Origin: Pseudodesulfovibrio sp.
GTDB lineage: Bacteria > Desulfobacterota > Desulfovibrionia > Desulfovibrionales > Desulfovibrionaceae
Direction: 5' to 3'
NCBI RefSeq assembly: GCF_028692895.1
Contig: NZ_JAQUWN010000004.1
Coordinates: 23,660 to 87,659, forward strand
DNA: 64,000 bases
Shown here: in pieces, positions 1 to 13,460 of the stretch
Layout: each line of letters opens with the position of its first letter
Numbering within the stretch: the stretch's first letter is position 1
The notes under the pieces: model-generated
Told to the model about the DNA's origin: nothing
Database searches by the model: none
Seen by the model: the letters and a program-made list of their open reading frames with translations, nothing else
Translations under genes and position numbers: made by a program

Positions 1-215
1 ATTACACGACCATGGATTTCGTCGTGGAGATTCTGATCCGCGTCTTTCGCAAGAACGAGGCGCAGGCCACGGCGATCATGTTGTCCGTGCACAACCAGGG
101 CTTCGGCGTGTGCGGGGTGTACACGGCCGAGGTGGCCGAAACCAAGGTCGACCTGGTGCATAAGCTGGCCAAGAGCGCGGGTTACCCCCTCAAGTGCAGC
201 ATGGAAGGTGAGTAG
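1..215 (+). CDS. clpS: ATP-dependent Clp protease adaptor ClpS (5' end cut by window edge)
   Basis: The frame is open from the window edge. The translation [11 protein letters not shown]...[10 protein letters not shown]...[13 protein letters not shown] aligns with the conserved ClpS core (E. coli DDYTPMEFVIDVL...[21 protein letters not shown]). It lies directly upstream of clpA. Confidence 0.88.
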   Translation, partial: [70 protein letters not shown]

Positions 216-218
216 CAG

Positions 219-2540
219 ATGACGATGCTCAGCAAGGAATTGGAAAGCGCGTTGACCTCCGCGGTCAACGAGGTGAAGCGGCGGAACCACGAGTTCCTGA
301 CGCTGGAGCACCTCCTGTACGCCATCACCGGCGAGGAGCAGGGCGAGGAGATTCTCGAAGCCTGCGGCGCCGAACTGGAAAAATTGCGCGACCAGCTCGG
401 CCGCTTCTTTGTCGAGAACATGGAGTCGCTGCCCGAGGGCACGGAAACCGAGGTCATCCAGACCCTGGGCGTGCGCCGCGTGCTCCAGCGCGCCGTGTGG
501 CAGAAGAAGGCGGCGGGCAAGGAGACCGTCGAGGTCGGCGACGTCCTGGCCGCCATGTTCGATGAGGAGGACTCCTACGCGGTCTATTTCCTGCGCACCC
601 ACGACGTCTCCCGGCTGGACGTGCTGGAGTTCATCTCTCACGGCATGTCCGCCCGCGAGGACTGGGGCGACGCGGGCGACGAGCCGTCCCGTCCCTCTCC
701 GCTGGAGGAGCGGCCTGGCGGCGGCAAGAAGAGCCCGCTGGAGGAGTTCACGGTCAACCTGACCGACCGCGCGGCCCAGGGGTTCATCGACCCGCTCATC
801 GGCCGCGAGTCGGAGCTGGACCGCACCGTGCAGGTCCTCTCGCGCCGGCGCAAGAACAACCCCATCTTCGTGGGCGACCCCGGCGTCGGCAAGACGGCCA
901 TGGCCGAGGGGCTGGCCCTGCGCGTGGTGGAGGGCAACGTGCCCAAGGAGTTCCTCAACGCCGAGATCTACGGTCTGGACATGGGCTCGCTGCTGGCGGG
1001 CACCAAGTACCGGGGCGATTTCGAGGCGCGGCTCAAGGGCGTGCTGGCCGACCTGAAGAAGAAAAAGGACGCCATCCTCTTCGTGGACGAGATTCACACC
1101 ATCGTGGGCGCGGGCTCGGTGAGCGGGGGCTCCATGGACGCCTCCAACATCCTTAAGCCCATGCTCCAGTCCGGCGAAATCCGGTGCATCGGCTCCACCA
1201 CCTACGAGGAGTACAAGAATCATTTCGAGAAGGACCGCGCCCTGTCGCGCCGGTTCCAGAAGATCGAGATCAGCGAGCCCACCGTGGACGAGACCGTGGC
1301 CATCCTCAAGGGCCTCAAGCCACATTACGAGGAATTTCATGGTGTTAACTACACCCACTTCGCGCTCAAGGCCGCGGCCGAGCTCTCTGACAGGCATATC
1401 ACCGACCGCTTCCTGCCCGACAAGGCCATCGACGTCATGGACGAGGCCGGGGCGCTCTACAAGCTCTCCGGCCGCACGCGCAAGGGCGACCGGATCAAGG
1501 TGGAGGACATCGAGAAGGTCGTGGCCCGCATGGCCCGCATCCCGGCCCGCCGCCTGACCGTGTCCGACCGCGCCCGGCTCCAGCACCTGGAGGACGAGTT
1601 GTCCGGCGTGGTCTTCGGCCAGGACGAGGCGGTCAAGGCGCTTGCCAAGTCCATCAAGCGCTCCCGCGCGGGAATGCGCCAGCCGGGCCGTCCCGTGGGC
1701 AGCTTCCTGCTCACCGGCCCCACCGGCGTGGGCAAGACCGAACTGGCCCGCCAACTGGCCCAGGTCCTGGGCATCGGCTTCCTGCGTTTCGACATGAGCG
1801 AATACATGGAGAAGCACGCCGTGGCCCGGCTCATCGGCGCGCCTCCGGGCTACGTGGGCTTCGACCAGGGCGGCCTGCTCACCGAAGGCGTGCGCAAGAA
1901 GCCGCACTGCGTTGTCCTCTTCGACGAGATCGAGAAGGCCCACCCGGACGTGTTCAACATCCTGCTCCAGGTCATGGACTACGCCACGCTGACCGACAAC
2001 AACGGCCGCAAGGCGGACTTCCGCCACGTCATCCTGCTCATGACCTCCAATGCGGGCGCGCGCGAGATGGCCAAGGGGGCCATCGGCTTCAAGCGCGACG
2101 AGGCGTCCGACCGCCAGGGAGACGCCATGAAGGCCCTGGAAAAGCTCTTCAGCCCCGAGTTCCGCAACCGGCTCGACGCCGTGGTCGCCTTCAAGGCCCT
2201 GGGCCAGCCGGTCATGGAACAGATCGTGGACAAGTTCATCAAGGAGCTCAACGACCAGTTGGAGGACCGCCGCGTCTCGGTGCTGCTCACCGAGGCTGCC
2301 CGCGCCCGGCTGGCCGAGATGGGCTACGACCCGGCCATGGGCGCGCGTCCCATGGCCCGCGTCATCCAGTCCGAGATCAAGGACATGATCGCGGACGAGT
2401 TGCTCTTCGGCCGGTTGGCAAAGGGCGGCGTGGTCACCGTGGACCTGGCCGCGAAGCCGAAGAAGGGCGGCAAGAAGAAGGCGGCCGACGCTCCCGGCGA
2501 GTTCGCCTTCGCCTTCGACGCCGTCGGGCCGAAGCAGTGA
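219..2540 (+). CDS. clpA: ATP-dependent Clp protease ATP-binding subunit ClpA
   Basis: 773 aa with a Clp N-domain and two AAA+ modules (GDPGVGKT and GPTGVGKT Walker A motifs). It starts 3 nt after the clpS stop. Confidence 0.95.
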   Translation: MTMLSKELESALTSAVNEVKRRNHEFLTLEHLLYAITGEEQGEEILEACGAELEKLRDQLGRFFVENMESLPEGTETEVIQTLGVRRVLQRAVWQKKAAGKETVEVGDVLAAMFDEEDSYAVYFLRTHDVSRLDVLEFISHGMSAREDWGDAGDEPSRPSPLEERPGGGKKSPLEEFTVNLTDRAAQGFIDPLIGRESELDRTVQVLSRRRKNNPIFVGDPGVGKTAMAEGLALRVVEGNVPKEFLNAEIYGLDMGSLLAGTKYRGDFEARLKGVLADLKKKKDAILFVDEIHTIVGAGSVSGGSMDASNILKPMLQSGEIRCIGSTTYEEYKNHFEKDRALSRRFQKIEISEPTVDETVAILKGLKPHYEEFHGVNYTHFALKAAAELSDRHITDRFLPDKAIDVMDEAGALYKLSGRTRKGDRIKVEDIEKVVARMARIPARRLTVSDRARLQHLEDELSGVVFGQDEAVKALAKSIKRSRAGMRQPGRPVGSFLLTGPTGVGKTELARQLAQVLGIGFLRFDMSEYMEKHAVARLIGAPPGYVGFDQGGLLTEGVRKKPHCVVLFDEIEKAHPDVFNILLQVMDYATLTDNNGRKADFRHVILLMTSNAGAREMAKGAIGFKRDEASDRQGDAMKALEKLFSPEFRNRLDAVVAFKALGQPVMEQIVDKFIKELNDQLEDRRVSVLLTEAARARLAEMGYDPAMGARPMARVIQSEIKDMIADELLFGRLAKGGVVTVDLAAKPKKGGKKKAADAPGEFAFAFDAVGPKQ

Positions 2541-2562
2541 GCTCGCAATCGAAGATAAAGAC

Positions 2563-2590
2563 GGGGCGGCTTCGGCCGCCCCTTTCGTTT
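2563..2590 (+). terminator. Rho-independent terminator after clpA
   Basis: 8-bp GC stem GGGGCGGC/GCCGCCCC with a TTCG loop, followed by TTTCGTTT. Confidence 0.7.
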
Positions 2591-2601
2591 CGGGTGGGGC
2601 C

Positions 2602-3291
2602 ATGACCATTTACCGGCTCTTCGAGGAACCCGTCTTTCCGGACCCGGAAGAGGCGGACCCGGACGGCCTGTTGGCCGTGGGAGGCGACCTGAGCCCGCAG
2701 CGGCTGCTCACGGCCTATGCCAGCGGCATCTTTCCCTGGTACGGCGAGGACTCGCCTATCCTGTGGTGGTCCACCAACCCCCGGCTGGTCCTGCTGCCCC
2801 GCGAGTTCCACCTGCCGCGCAGCCTGCGCCGGGTCCTCAACCGGGGGACCTTCTCCTTCACCCTGGATACGGCCTTCCCGAAGGTGATCCGGGCCTGCGC
2901 CGACGCGCCGAGGCCCGGCCAGGACGGCACCTGGCTGGTGGAGGATATGGTGGAGGCGTATACGCTGCTGCACCGGCTGGGTTATGCCCACAGCGTGGAG
3001 GCGTGGCGGGACGGCGAACTGGCGGGCGGGCTCTACGGCCTCTCTCTGGGCACGGCCTTCTTCGGCGAATCCATGTTTCACCGGGAGCCGGACGCCTCCA
3101 AGGCGGCCTTCGCCCGGCTGGTCGGCCAGCTCGGCCGCTGGGGCTTCACGCTCATTGACTGCCAGCAGACCACGAACCACCTGCTCCGGTTCGGCGCGCG
3201 GGAGATGCAGCGGTTCCGCTTCCTGGCGGCCCTGCGCGAGGCCATGGACGCGTCCACCCGGGCAGGGCTGTGGCGCTTCGACGAGCCGTGA
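2602..3291 (+). CDS. aat: leucyl/phenylalanyl-tRNA--protein transferase
   Basis: 229 aa. The N-terminal FPDP...DGLLAVGGDLSPQRLLTAYASGIFPWY and GESMFH motifs are typical of Aat. Confidence 0.9.
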   Translation: MTIYRLFEEPVFPDPEEADPDGLLAVGGDLSPQRLLTAYASGIFPWYGEDSPILWWSTNPRLVLLPREFHLPRSLRRVLNRGTFSFTLDTAFPKVIRACADAPRPGQDGTWLVEDMVEAYTLLHRLGYAHSVEAWRDGELAGGLYGLSLGTAFFGESMFHREPDASKAAFARLVGQLGRWGFTLIDCQQTTNHLLRFGAREMQRFRFLAALREAMDASTRAGLWRFDEP

Positions 3292-3297
3292 GCGGCG

Positions 3298-3765
3298 CTA
3301 TTCTTCTTCCACCAGGGGCAGGTGGCGGCTCAGGTCGTAGAGGCCGCGCAGCGGGATGTCCAGCGGATAGCTCGGGATCTTCGCGAACTCGATGAACCCG
3401 ATGTCCTTGTCGGGCTGGGCTTGGGAGAGCCCGGCCATCCCGGCCGGGACGGGAAAGGCGAGGGGCACGGACCGGATGGCCGTAAGCCTTGTGGAATACT
3501 GTTCTTTCAGGTAGTTTGCCAATCGGTCCCGCTCGACGTCGGAGAAGGCTTCCATGACCACCCGGCGGCTCGGGTCGTCCGGGGCGGAAGGAGGCGTGAT
3601 GAGGGCGTCCCAGTCCTGGGCCCGCTCGTCCTCGGGCGTCCAGGAGGCCCGGAACAGGTGGACTTCCACGTCACGGCGTCCCTTGAAGCTGCGGATGACC
3701 ATGGAGAGGGTGTTGGCGTAGGGGGTCGGCGGGGTCGTCGCCGCCCGGGTGATGTCGATGTCCAT
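3298..3765 (-). CDS. hypothetical protein (155 aa, acidic C-terminus)
   Basis: ATG preceded by a GGAGGT RBS at 5-nt spacing. No family recognised. Divergent from uvrB and convergent with aat, with only 6 bp between the stops. Confidence 0.6.
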   Translation of the reverse strand: MDIDITRAATTPPTPYANTLSMVIRSFKGRRDVEVHLFRASWTPEDERAQDWDALITPPSAPDDPSRRVVMEAFSDVERDRLANYLKEQYSTRLTAIRSVPLAFPVPAGMAGLSQAQPDKDIGFIEFAKIPSYPLDIPLRGLYDLSRHLPLVEEE

Positions 3766-3848
3766 GCGCTACCTCCATCGGGCCGTTTTGTTGTGTCAAA
3801 ACAATCATACGTCCTTTATCGGAGCATCTCAAGGGGGCTCGCCGCCGA

Positions 3849-5870
<2,022 letters not shown>

Positions 5871-5873
5871 GTT

Positions 5874-6908
5874 ATGAAGACTTCCTTTCACCGGAGAATG
5901 TTGCGGATGAAGGCCAGGATGGGCTCCTTCTGGAGTCTCGCCCTGGGCGGGATGTATCTCATCCTCGTTTTCCTCATCGGCATCGGATATTACATGGTCT
6001 TCGAGGAGTGGGACTTCCCGAGCTCCTTCTACATGGTGGTCATCACCCTTTCCACCGTCGGCTACATGGAGGTCAACGAGCTTTCCAACACGGGGCGCAT
6101 GTTCACCGCCTTCCTTATCATGGGCGGCGTGGGCGGCTTCGTGTACATCGCGGGCGCGTTCGCCCAGCTCCTGATCGACGGACGTCTGCAAATCATGTGG
6201 GGTAAGCATAAAATGATGAAAGAGATCGGCAAGCTGAGAAATCATTTCATCGTCTGCGGCTACGGGCGCATCGGTTCCATCGTGGTCCAGGAAATGCTCA
6301 AGGAAGGACACGACGTCGTCGTCCTCGAGCAGACGCCGGAACTCATCGACAAGATGGAGCAGGACGGCATCCTGTGCATCGAGGGCGACGCCACCAGCGA
6401 CGGCGTGCTCCTCAGCGCCGGACTGCTGCACGCCCGGTCCCTGGTCTCCGCCCTGACCAGCGAGGCGGCCAACGTCTATGTCACCCTGACCGCCCGCCAG
6501 CTCAACCCCGACATCAACATCATCGCCCGCGCGGGCGAGGTCTCCCACATCGCCCGGCTGGAGCTGGCCGGGGCCAACCGCGTGGTGCTTCCGCACTTCA
6601 TCGGCGGCCTGCGCATGGCCCAGAACGTGTTGCGGCCCACCGTGACCAACTTCATCGAGCTGGCCATGCGCGGCGGCATCGACCTCCAGATGGAGGAGCT
6701 CGTGGTCACCTCCGGCTCGGAGCTGGTGAACAAGGACCTTGTCCAGTCCCAGATCCGGCCGCGTTTCAACCTGATCATCATCGCCATCAAAAAGGAGTCC
6801 GGGGAGATGGTCTTCAACCCTGGCCCCAAGCAGGTCATCATGGCCAACGACACGCTCCTGGCCGTCGGCAGCCAGAAGAACCTGCACGAGATCAAGGCGA
6901 TCCTCTAG
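5874..6908 (+). CDS. 2-TM potassium-channel family protein with RCK (TrkA-N/TrkA-C) domains and an atypical TVGYME filter
   Basis: Two TM helices flank a pore-helix/filter segment (ITLSTVGYMEV). This is followed by a Rossmann GYGRIG TrkA-N domain and a TrkA-C-like C-terminus. Confidence 0.85.
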   Translation: MKTSFHRRMLRMKARMGSFWSLALGGMYLILVFLIGIGYYMVFEEWDFPSSFYMVVITLSTVGYMEVNELSNTGRMFTAFLIMGGVGGFVYIAGAFAQLLIDGRLQIMWGKHKMMKEIGKLRNHFIVCGYGRIGSIVVQEMLKEGHDVVVLEQTPELIDKMEQDGILCIEGDATSDGVLLSAGLLHARSLVSALTSEAANVYVTLTARQLNPDINIIARAGEVSHIARLELAGANRVVLPHFIGGLRMAQNVLRPTVTNFIELAMRGGIDLQMEELVVTSGSELVNKDLVQSQIRPRFNLIIIAIKKESGEMVFNPGPKQVIMANDTLLAVGSQKNLHEIKAIL

Positions 6909-8957
<2,049 letters not shown>

Positions 8958-8985
8958 ATTTTCAACCTGCTACAAGGAGAGCGGT

Positions 8986-9768
8986 ATGGCTACCACCGAC
9001 ATCGTCATTCTGGGCGCGAAGGGGCGCATGGGCAACATGCTGGTCAATATGGCCCTGGGCGACGACGAGCTGAATCTCGTCGGCGTCTGCGAGCGCAAAG
9101 GCAATGCGGGCGGGCTGAGCTACGACGGCTGCCAGGCCTCGGACTGCCTGGAGGATTTGCTGCCCCAGGTGCCGGGCGCGGTCATCGTCGATTTCACCGC
9201 TCCCGAGTCCTCCCTGGCCATGGCCGAGAAGGCCGCCGCGTTCGGCAACCCGGCCGTGATCGGCACCACCGGCCTGGACAAGGACCAGCAGGCGAAACTG
9301 GCGGAGTTCGCCAAGAAGGTTCCGCTGTTCTGGGCCCCCAACATGTCGGTCGGCATCAACGTGCTGCTCAAGATCCTGCCCTCCCTGGTCCAGGCCCTGG
9401 GCCCGGCCTACGACATGGAGATCGTCGAAACTCACCACCGCATGAAAAAGGACTCGCCCAGCGGCACGGCCCTCAAGCTGGCCCAGTGCCTGGCCGAGGC
9501 GCGCGGCTGGGAGTATGACGACGTCAAGAAGCATTGCCGCGACGGCATCATCGGCGAGCGGCCGCGCAACGAGATCGGCGTGCAGACCCTGCGCGGCGGC
9601 GACGTGGTCGGCGAGCACACCATGTACTTTTTTGGCCCCGGCGAGCGCATCGAGGTCACCCACCGGGCGCACTCCCGCGAGACCTTCGCCGCGGGCGCCC
9701 TGCGCGCGGCCAAGTGGCTCTCGGCGCAGCGGCCCGGCAAGCTCTACAACATGGCCGACATCTTCTAG
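8986..9768 (+). CDS. dapB: 4-hydroxy-tetrahydrodipicolinate reductase
   Basis: [16 protein letters not shown] Rossmann start preceded by AAGGAGA, plus the E(T)HHxxKxDxPSGTA motif. The longer ORF from 8905 overlaps ligA and lacks an RBS. Confidence 0.93.
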   Translation: MATTDIVILGAKGRMGNMLVNMALGDDELNLVGVCERKGNAGGLSYDGCQASDCLEDLLPQVPGAVIVDFTAPESSLAMAEKAAAFGNPAVIGTTGLDKDQQAKLAEFAKKVPLFWAPNMSVGINVLLKILPSLVQALGPAYDMEIVETHHRMKKDSPSGTALKLAQCLAEARGWEYDDVKKHCRDGIIGERPRNEIGVQTLRGGDVVGEHTMYFFGPGERIEVTHRAHSRETFAAGALRAAKWLSAQRPGKLYNMADIF

Positions 9769-9791
9769 GCCGTCACGGTTCACGCAATGAG

Positions 9792-9823
9792 AAGGGGCAT
9801 GGAATCATCCATGCCCCTTTTTT
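9792..9823. terminator. bidirectional terminator between dapB and the convergent MCP gene
   Basis: About 10-bp stem GGGGCATGGA/TCCATGCCCC, flanked by AA on one side and TTTTTT on the other. Confidence 0.7.
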
Positions 9824-9825
9824 CG

Positions 9826-11832
9826 TCAGTAGCGTTGGAATTCTTCGTCGTCTTCCCCATCTTCTCCCGGCGGCTCGCCGTGCGGCGAGGGGAGGGGCGG
9901 CAGGGCGCGCGCCTCGGCGGCGATGGCCGACGACGTGCATTCGCCGACGTGGAAGAAGCACATGGTGTCCTTGAGGGCGCGGGCCTGGCCGTCCATGTCG
10001 GCGGAGGCCGCGGCCACGTGCTCGGCCATGGACGAGTTCTGCTGGACCACGCTGTCCAGTTCGTTGACGGCCTGGTTGATTTGCGAGACCCCGATGTCCT
10101 GCTCCTTGGCCGCCGCGAAGACTTCTTCGATGAGGTCCGAGGTGCGGTGGATGTCCGGGACGGTCTTCTTGAGCATCTTGCCCGCCCGGTCCGCCACCTT
10201 CAGGCTGGAGGTGGAGAGCTCGCCGATCTCGGCGGCGGCCACGCCGCTGCGTTCGGCCAGTTGGCGTACTTCGGCCGCCACCACGGCGAAGCCCTTGCCG
10301 TGCTCGCCCGCCCGCGCCGCCTCGATGGCCGCGTTGAGGGCCAGCAGGTTGGTCTGCCGGGCGATTTCCTCCACGATGGCGATCTTCTCGGCGATCTGGT
10401 TCATGGCGTCCACGGTCTGGGCCACGGCGTTGCCGCCTTCCTCGGCGTCCATGGCGGCCTGCTGGGCCAGGGCCTTGGTCTGCTGGATGTTTTCGAAGCT
10501 CTGGCTGATGTTGGCCGAGATTTCCTCGATGCTGGCGGCCACCTGGGCCACGCTGGCCGCTTGGCGGGAGGAGCCGTCGGCCAGCGTGCCGGAGGAGTCG
10601 CTGACGTCGCCGCAGCGTTCCACCAGAGAGTCCGTGGCGGACTGGACCGATCCCACGATGTCGGTCAGGTGCCGGCGCATGTCCCGGAGCGAGTCGGCCA
10701 GGTCGCCCATTTCGTCCTTTTGCCGGACCTTGAGGGAGACGGTCATGTCCCCCTGGGAAAAGGCCCTGGCGAAGGCGAGCAAGGCGTGGATGGGGGTGAG
10801 GATGAATCGGCGGATGACCTGGCCGCCCACCAGGATGGGGATGACGGCGATGAGGATGACGCCGCCAGCGATGATGTAGAGGGCTCCGGTGATGAGCGCG
10901 CGCTGCTCGCCCATGTCGGAGACCAGGCAGAGCACGCCGATCTGCTTGCCCGCGTAGTCGTCGATGGGCACTGTGGTCACGGAAAAATCGCCCGCCATGC
11001 GCGTGGAGGTCCTGTCACGCCCCTCGTCGAGTGCGTCCTTGGTCACGGCGTCCCGCGCGGCGGCGTTGTCCTGGCCGGAAATGAGCACGTAGCGTTCCGC
11101 CACCAGGGGATACTTCGCGGGGTCCTGGAGCCTGGTCGTGATGGTCAGCAGGTCGCGGTTCATGAAGAGCAGCACCTTGAGGCCCCCGGTCTTTTCCATG
11201 GCCTTGAGCAGGGGATCGAACCCCTTGAGCACCTCCACCGAGCCGAGCTGCCTGCCGTCGGCGGACTTGATGGGCGCCACGCCCCGGATGGTGAAGCCGC
11301 CCCGGCCTGGCTCAATGCCCTTGACCGGCTGGCCGGTGCGGTTGACGTCCAGCACGGTCTTGCGGAACGAGGAGATGTCGTCGGAGATGTCCACCCACTT
11401 GCCGTCCTTCTTGGCCTGCTTCTTCCTCCAGACCCGGAGCAGGCTGCGGCCGTTGGGCAGGTGGTAGTGGACGTTCAGGTCGGCTCCGGTGGTCTCCTTG
11501 AGCCCGGCGGCCGCGTCCTTGAGGGCGGCGCGGATGCGTTCGCGCGCTTCCTGCGACTGGGGACTTTTCGGGTCGTCGATGTCGCCCGTACGGGCCAGGT
11601 CGAAGGCCTCGATGACCGGCGTGAGCCGACTGTACTGCGCGGCCTGCTCCAGGGCGTCGTTGGAGGCGGACTCCAGGGCGGCCTGGAAGTTGGCCACCTT
11701 GTCCTGAGCCAGGAGCCCGATGAACGAACTCTCCAGGGTGGCGAACTCGCGGTTGATGAAGAACAGGCCGATGACGCAACAGGTCGCGACCGAGATGAAG
11801 AGCGGACCCAGCAGTTTGCTTCGTAGTTTCAT
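9826..11832 (-). CDS. methyl-accepting chemotaxis protein (periplasmic Cache-type sensor, HAMP, MA domain)
   Basis: Start MKLRSKLL with a GAGGGAAG RBS and an N-terminal TM helix. A periplasmic region of about 270 aa is followed by a second TM, a HAMP domain and the conserved [39 protein letters not shown] hairpin. Confidence 0.9.
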   Translation of the reverse strand: MKLRSKLLGPLFISVATCCVIGLFFINREFATLESSFIGLLAQDKVANFQAALESASNDALEQAAQYSRLTPVIEAFDLARTGDIDDPKSPQSQEARERIRAALKDAAAGLKETTGADLNVHYHLPNGRSLLRVWRKKQAKKDGKWVDISDDISSFRKTVLDVNRTGQPVKGIEPGRGGFTIRGVAPIKSADGRQLGSVEVLKGFDPLLKAMEKTGGLKVLLFMNRDLLTITTRLQDPAKYPLVAERYVLISGQDNAAARDAVTKDALDEGRDRTSTRMAGDFSVTTVPIDDYAGKQIGVLCLVSDMGEQRALITGALYIIAGGVILIAVIPILVGGQVIRRFILTPIHALLAFARAFSQGDMTVSLKVRQKDEMGDLADSLRDMRRHLTDIVGSVQSATDSLVERCGDVSDSSGTLADGSSRQAASVAQVAASIEEISANISQSFENIQQTKALAQQAAMDAEEGGNAVAQTVDAMNQIAEKIAIVEEIARQTNLLALNAAIEAARAGEHGKGFAVVAAEVRQLAERSGVAAAEIGELSTSSLKVADRAGKMLKKTVPDIHRTSDLIEEVFAAAKEQDIGVSQINQAVNELDSVVQQNSSMAEHVAAASADMDGQARALKDTMCFFHVGECTSSAIAAEARALPPLPSPHGEPPGEDGEDDEEFQRY

Positions 11833-11985
11833 GATGCTTCCCTCGTCGGCTGGCAGCCGTTGCCCGGGCCGAGGCCCGGTAATTGTCCGGTTCCATACCA
11901 AGGGATGGAGGCGGCGCTGTCAATTATAGATGCGCCGTTCCTGTCGGGCCGCGGAGGGGCCAGTCCGGCCGGGCCGGGCCGCGGG

Positions 11986-13431
11986 TCAGAGGATGGGGGA
12001 GAAGAGCCGGGCGAGCTGGATGGCGGTCTGCTGGATAATGTTCTTGCCGTCGTATTCGTCGGTGCCGACCTCGTCGCTGTGCGCGAAGTCGGTTCGGAAC
12101 ATGGCCTCGATGCGTTGGCAGAAGGCCGGGTTCTCCACCAGCATGGTCAACTCGAAGTTGAGCCGGAACGAACGGTTGTCCAGGTTGGCGGTGCCCACCC
12201 CGGCCAGGTCGTCGTCGGCCAGGAAGACCTTCTGGTGCATGAAGCCGTGCTGGTAGCGGTAGACCCGGATGGTCTCCATCTGGAGCTCCTTGAGGCAGGA
12301 GAACCCGGCCAGGTAGACCAGAAGGTGGTCCGGCTTGCGGGGCAGGAGGATGCGCACGTCCACCCCGCGCATGGCGGCAAGTTGCAGGGCCTTGGTCACG
12401 CTGCTGTCCGGCACGAAATAGGGGGAGGCGATCCAGAACCGCTTGCGCGCGGAGTTGATGGCCCGGATGAACATGAGCGAGCAGGTCTCCAGCGGGTCGG
12501 CCGGGCTGGTGGGAAAGGCCAGGACCTCGGCCTCGCCGCCGCACGGCGGGACCGTGCCGGCCAGGTCGAGCAGGACGCCCGTGGCCCAGTACCAGTCGCG
12601 GGCGAAGCTGAGGCCGACCCCGAGCACGGCAGGGCCGGTGATCTTTATGTGCGTGTCGCGCCAGCCGTTGAACTGCTTGGATATCCCCAGGTATTCATCG
12701 CCCACGTTGTGGCCTCCCACAAAGGCGATGCGGTCGTCCACGATGACGATCTTGCGGTGGTTGCGGAAGTTGAGCTGGAAGCGGTTCCCCCGACCCTTGG
12801 TGGTGTGGAAGGGGTGGACCTCGATGCCCGCGTCGCGCATGGTCCGCCAGAACCGCTCCGGCGTGGTGTGGCAGCCGATCTCGTCGTAGAGGAAGCGGAT
12901 GGACAGTCCCTCGGCGGCCTTGCGCAGCAGGATGTCGCGCAGCCGCTTGCCCAGCCCGTCCTCATGGACGATGAAGAACTGGATGAGCAGGGATTCCTTC
13001 GCCGCCCCGATGGCTTCGAAGATGGCCTTGAAGGTGTCGTGGCCGCTGGTGTACAGCTCGATCCCGTTGCCGCCCGCAAAAGGGATGCGGGCCATGGTCT
13101 CGAAGGAGCAGCGGGGCGCGTGCGGGTTTTCCCGGTCGGCCGGGCTCGGAACCTCCGGCAGGTTGTGCCGGTCCGCGAGGCTGCGGCGGAACCGTTCGTC
13201 CACGGCGCGCATGGTATCCACGTAGCCGTGGAACTTGTTGCGGCCGAAGATCCAGTAGAGCGGCAGGGAGAGCAGGGGAAAGCAGACCAGGGAGATGGTC
13301 CAGGCGATGGCCCCCTGGGGCGTGCGCGTGTCGCGCACGGCCGTGATGGCGGCGAAGATGGCCGTAATTTCTATCGCGGTGTAGGCCAGGCTGAGAAAGC
13401 CGAGCAAAATCTGGATGTCCACGGATTCCAT
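11986..13431 (-). CDS. cls: cardiolipin synthase (PLD superfamily)
   Basis: 481 aa with two N-terminal TM helices and two HKD motifs (HRKIVIVDD and HQKVFLADD). Confidence 0.9.
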   Translation of the reverse strand: MESVDIQILLGFLSLAYTAIEITAIFAAITAVRDTRTPQGAIAWTISLVCFPLLSLPLYWIFGRNKFHGYVDTMRAVDERFRRSLADRHNLPEVPSPADRENPHAPRCSFETMARIPFAGGNGIELYTSGHDTFKAIFEAIGAAKESLLIQFFIVHEDGLGKRLRDILLRKAAEGLSIRFLYDEIGCHTTPERFWRTMRDAGIEVHPFHTTKGRGNRFQLNFRNHRKIVIVDDRIAFVGGHNVGDEYLGISKQFNGWRDTHIKITGPAVLGVGLSFARDWYWATGVLLDLAGTVPPCGGEAEVLAFPTSPADPLETCSLMFIRAINSARKRFWIASPYFVPDSSVTKALQLAAMRGVDVRILLPRKPDHLLVYLAGFSCLKELQMETIRVYRYQHGFMHQKVFLADDDLAGVGTANLDNRSFRLNFELTMLVENPAFCQRIEAMFRTDFAHSDEVGTDEYDGKNIIQQTAIQLARLFSPIL

Positions 13432-13460
13432 GGGAATGATTTAACAGAAAATTCCGGAAA

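Noticed and set aside
11851-11864. TGGCAGCCGTTGCC as a sigma-54 promoter near the first MCP gene
   Set aside because: The GG-to-GC spacing is 2 nt too short, and the motif is on the plus strand whereas the gene is on the minus strand.
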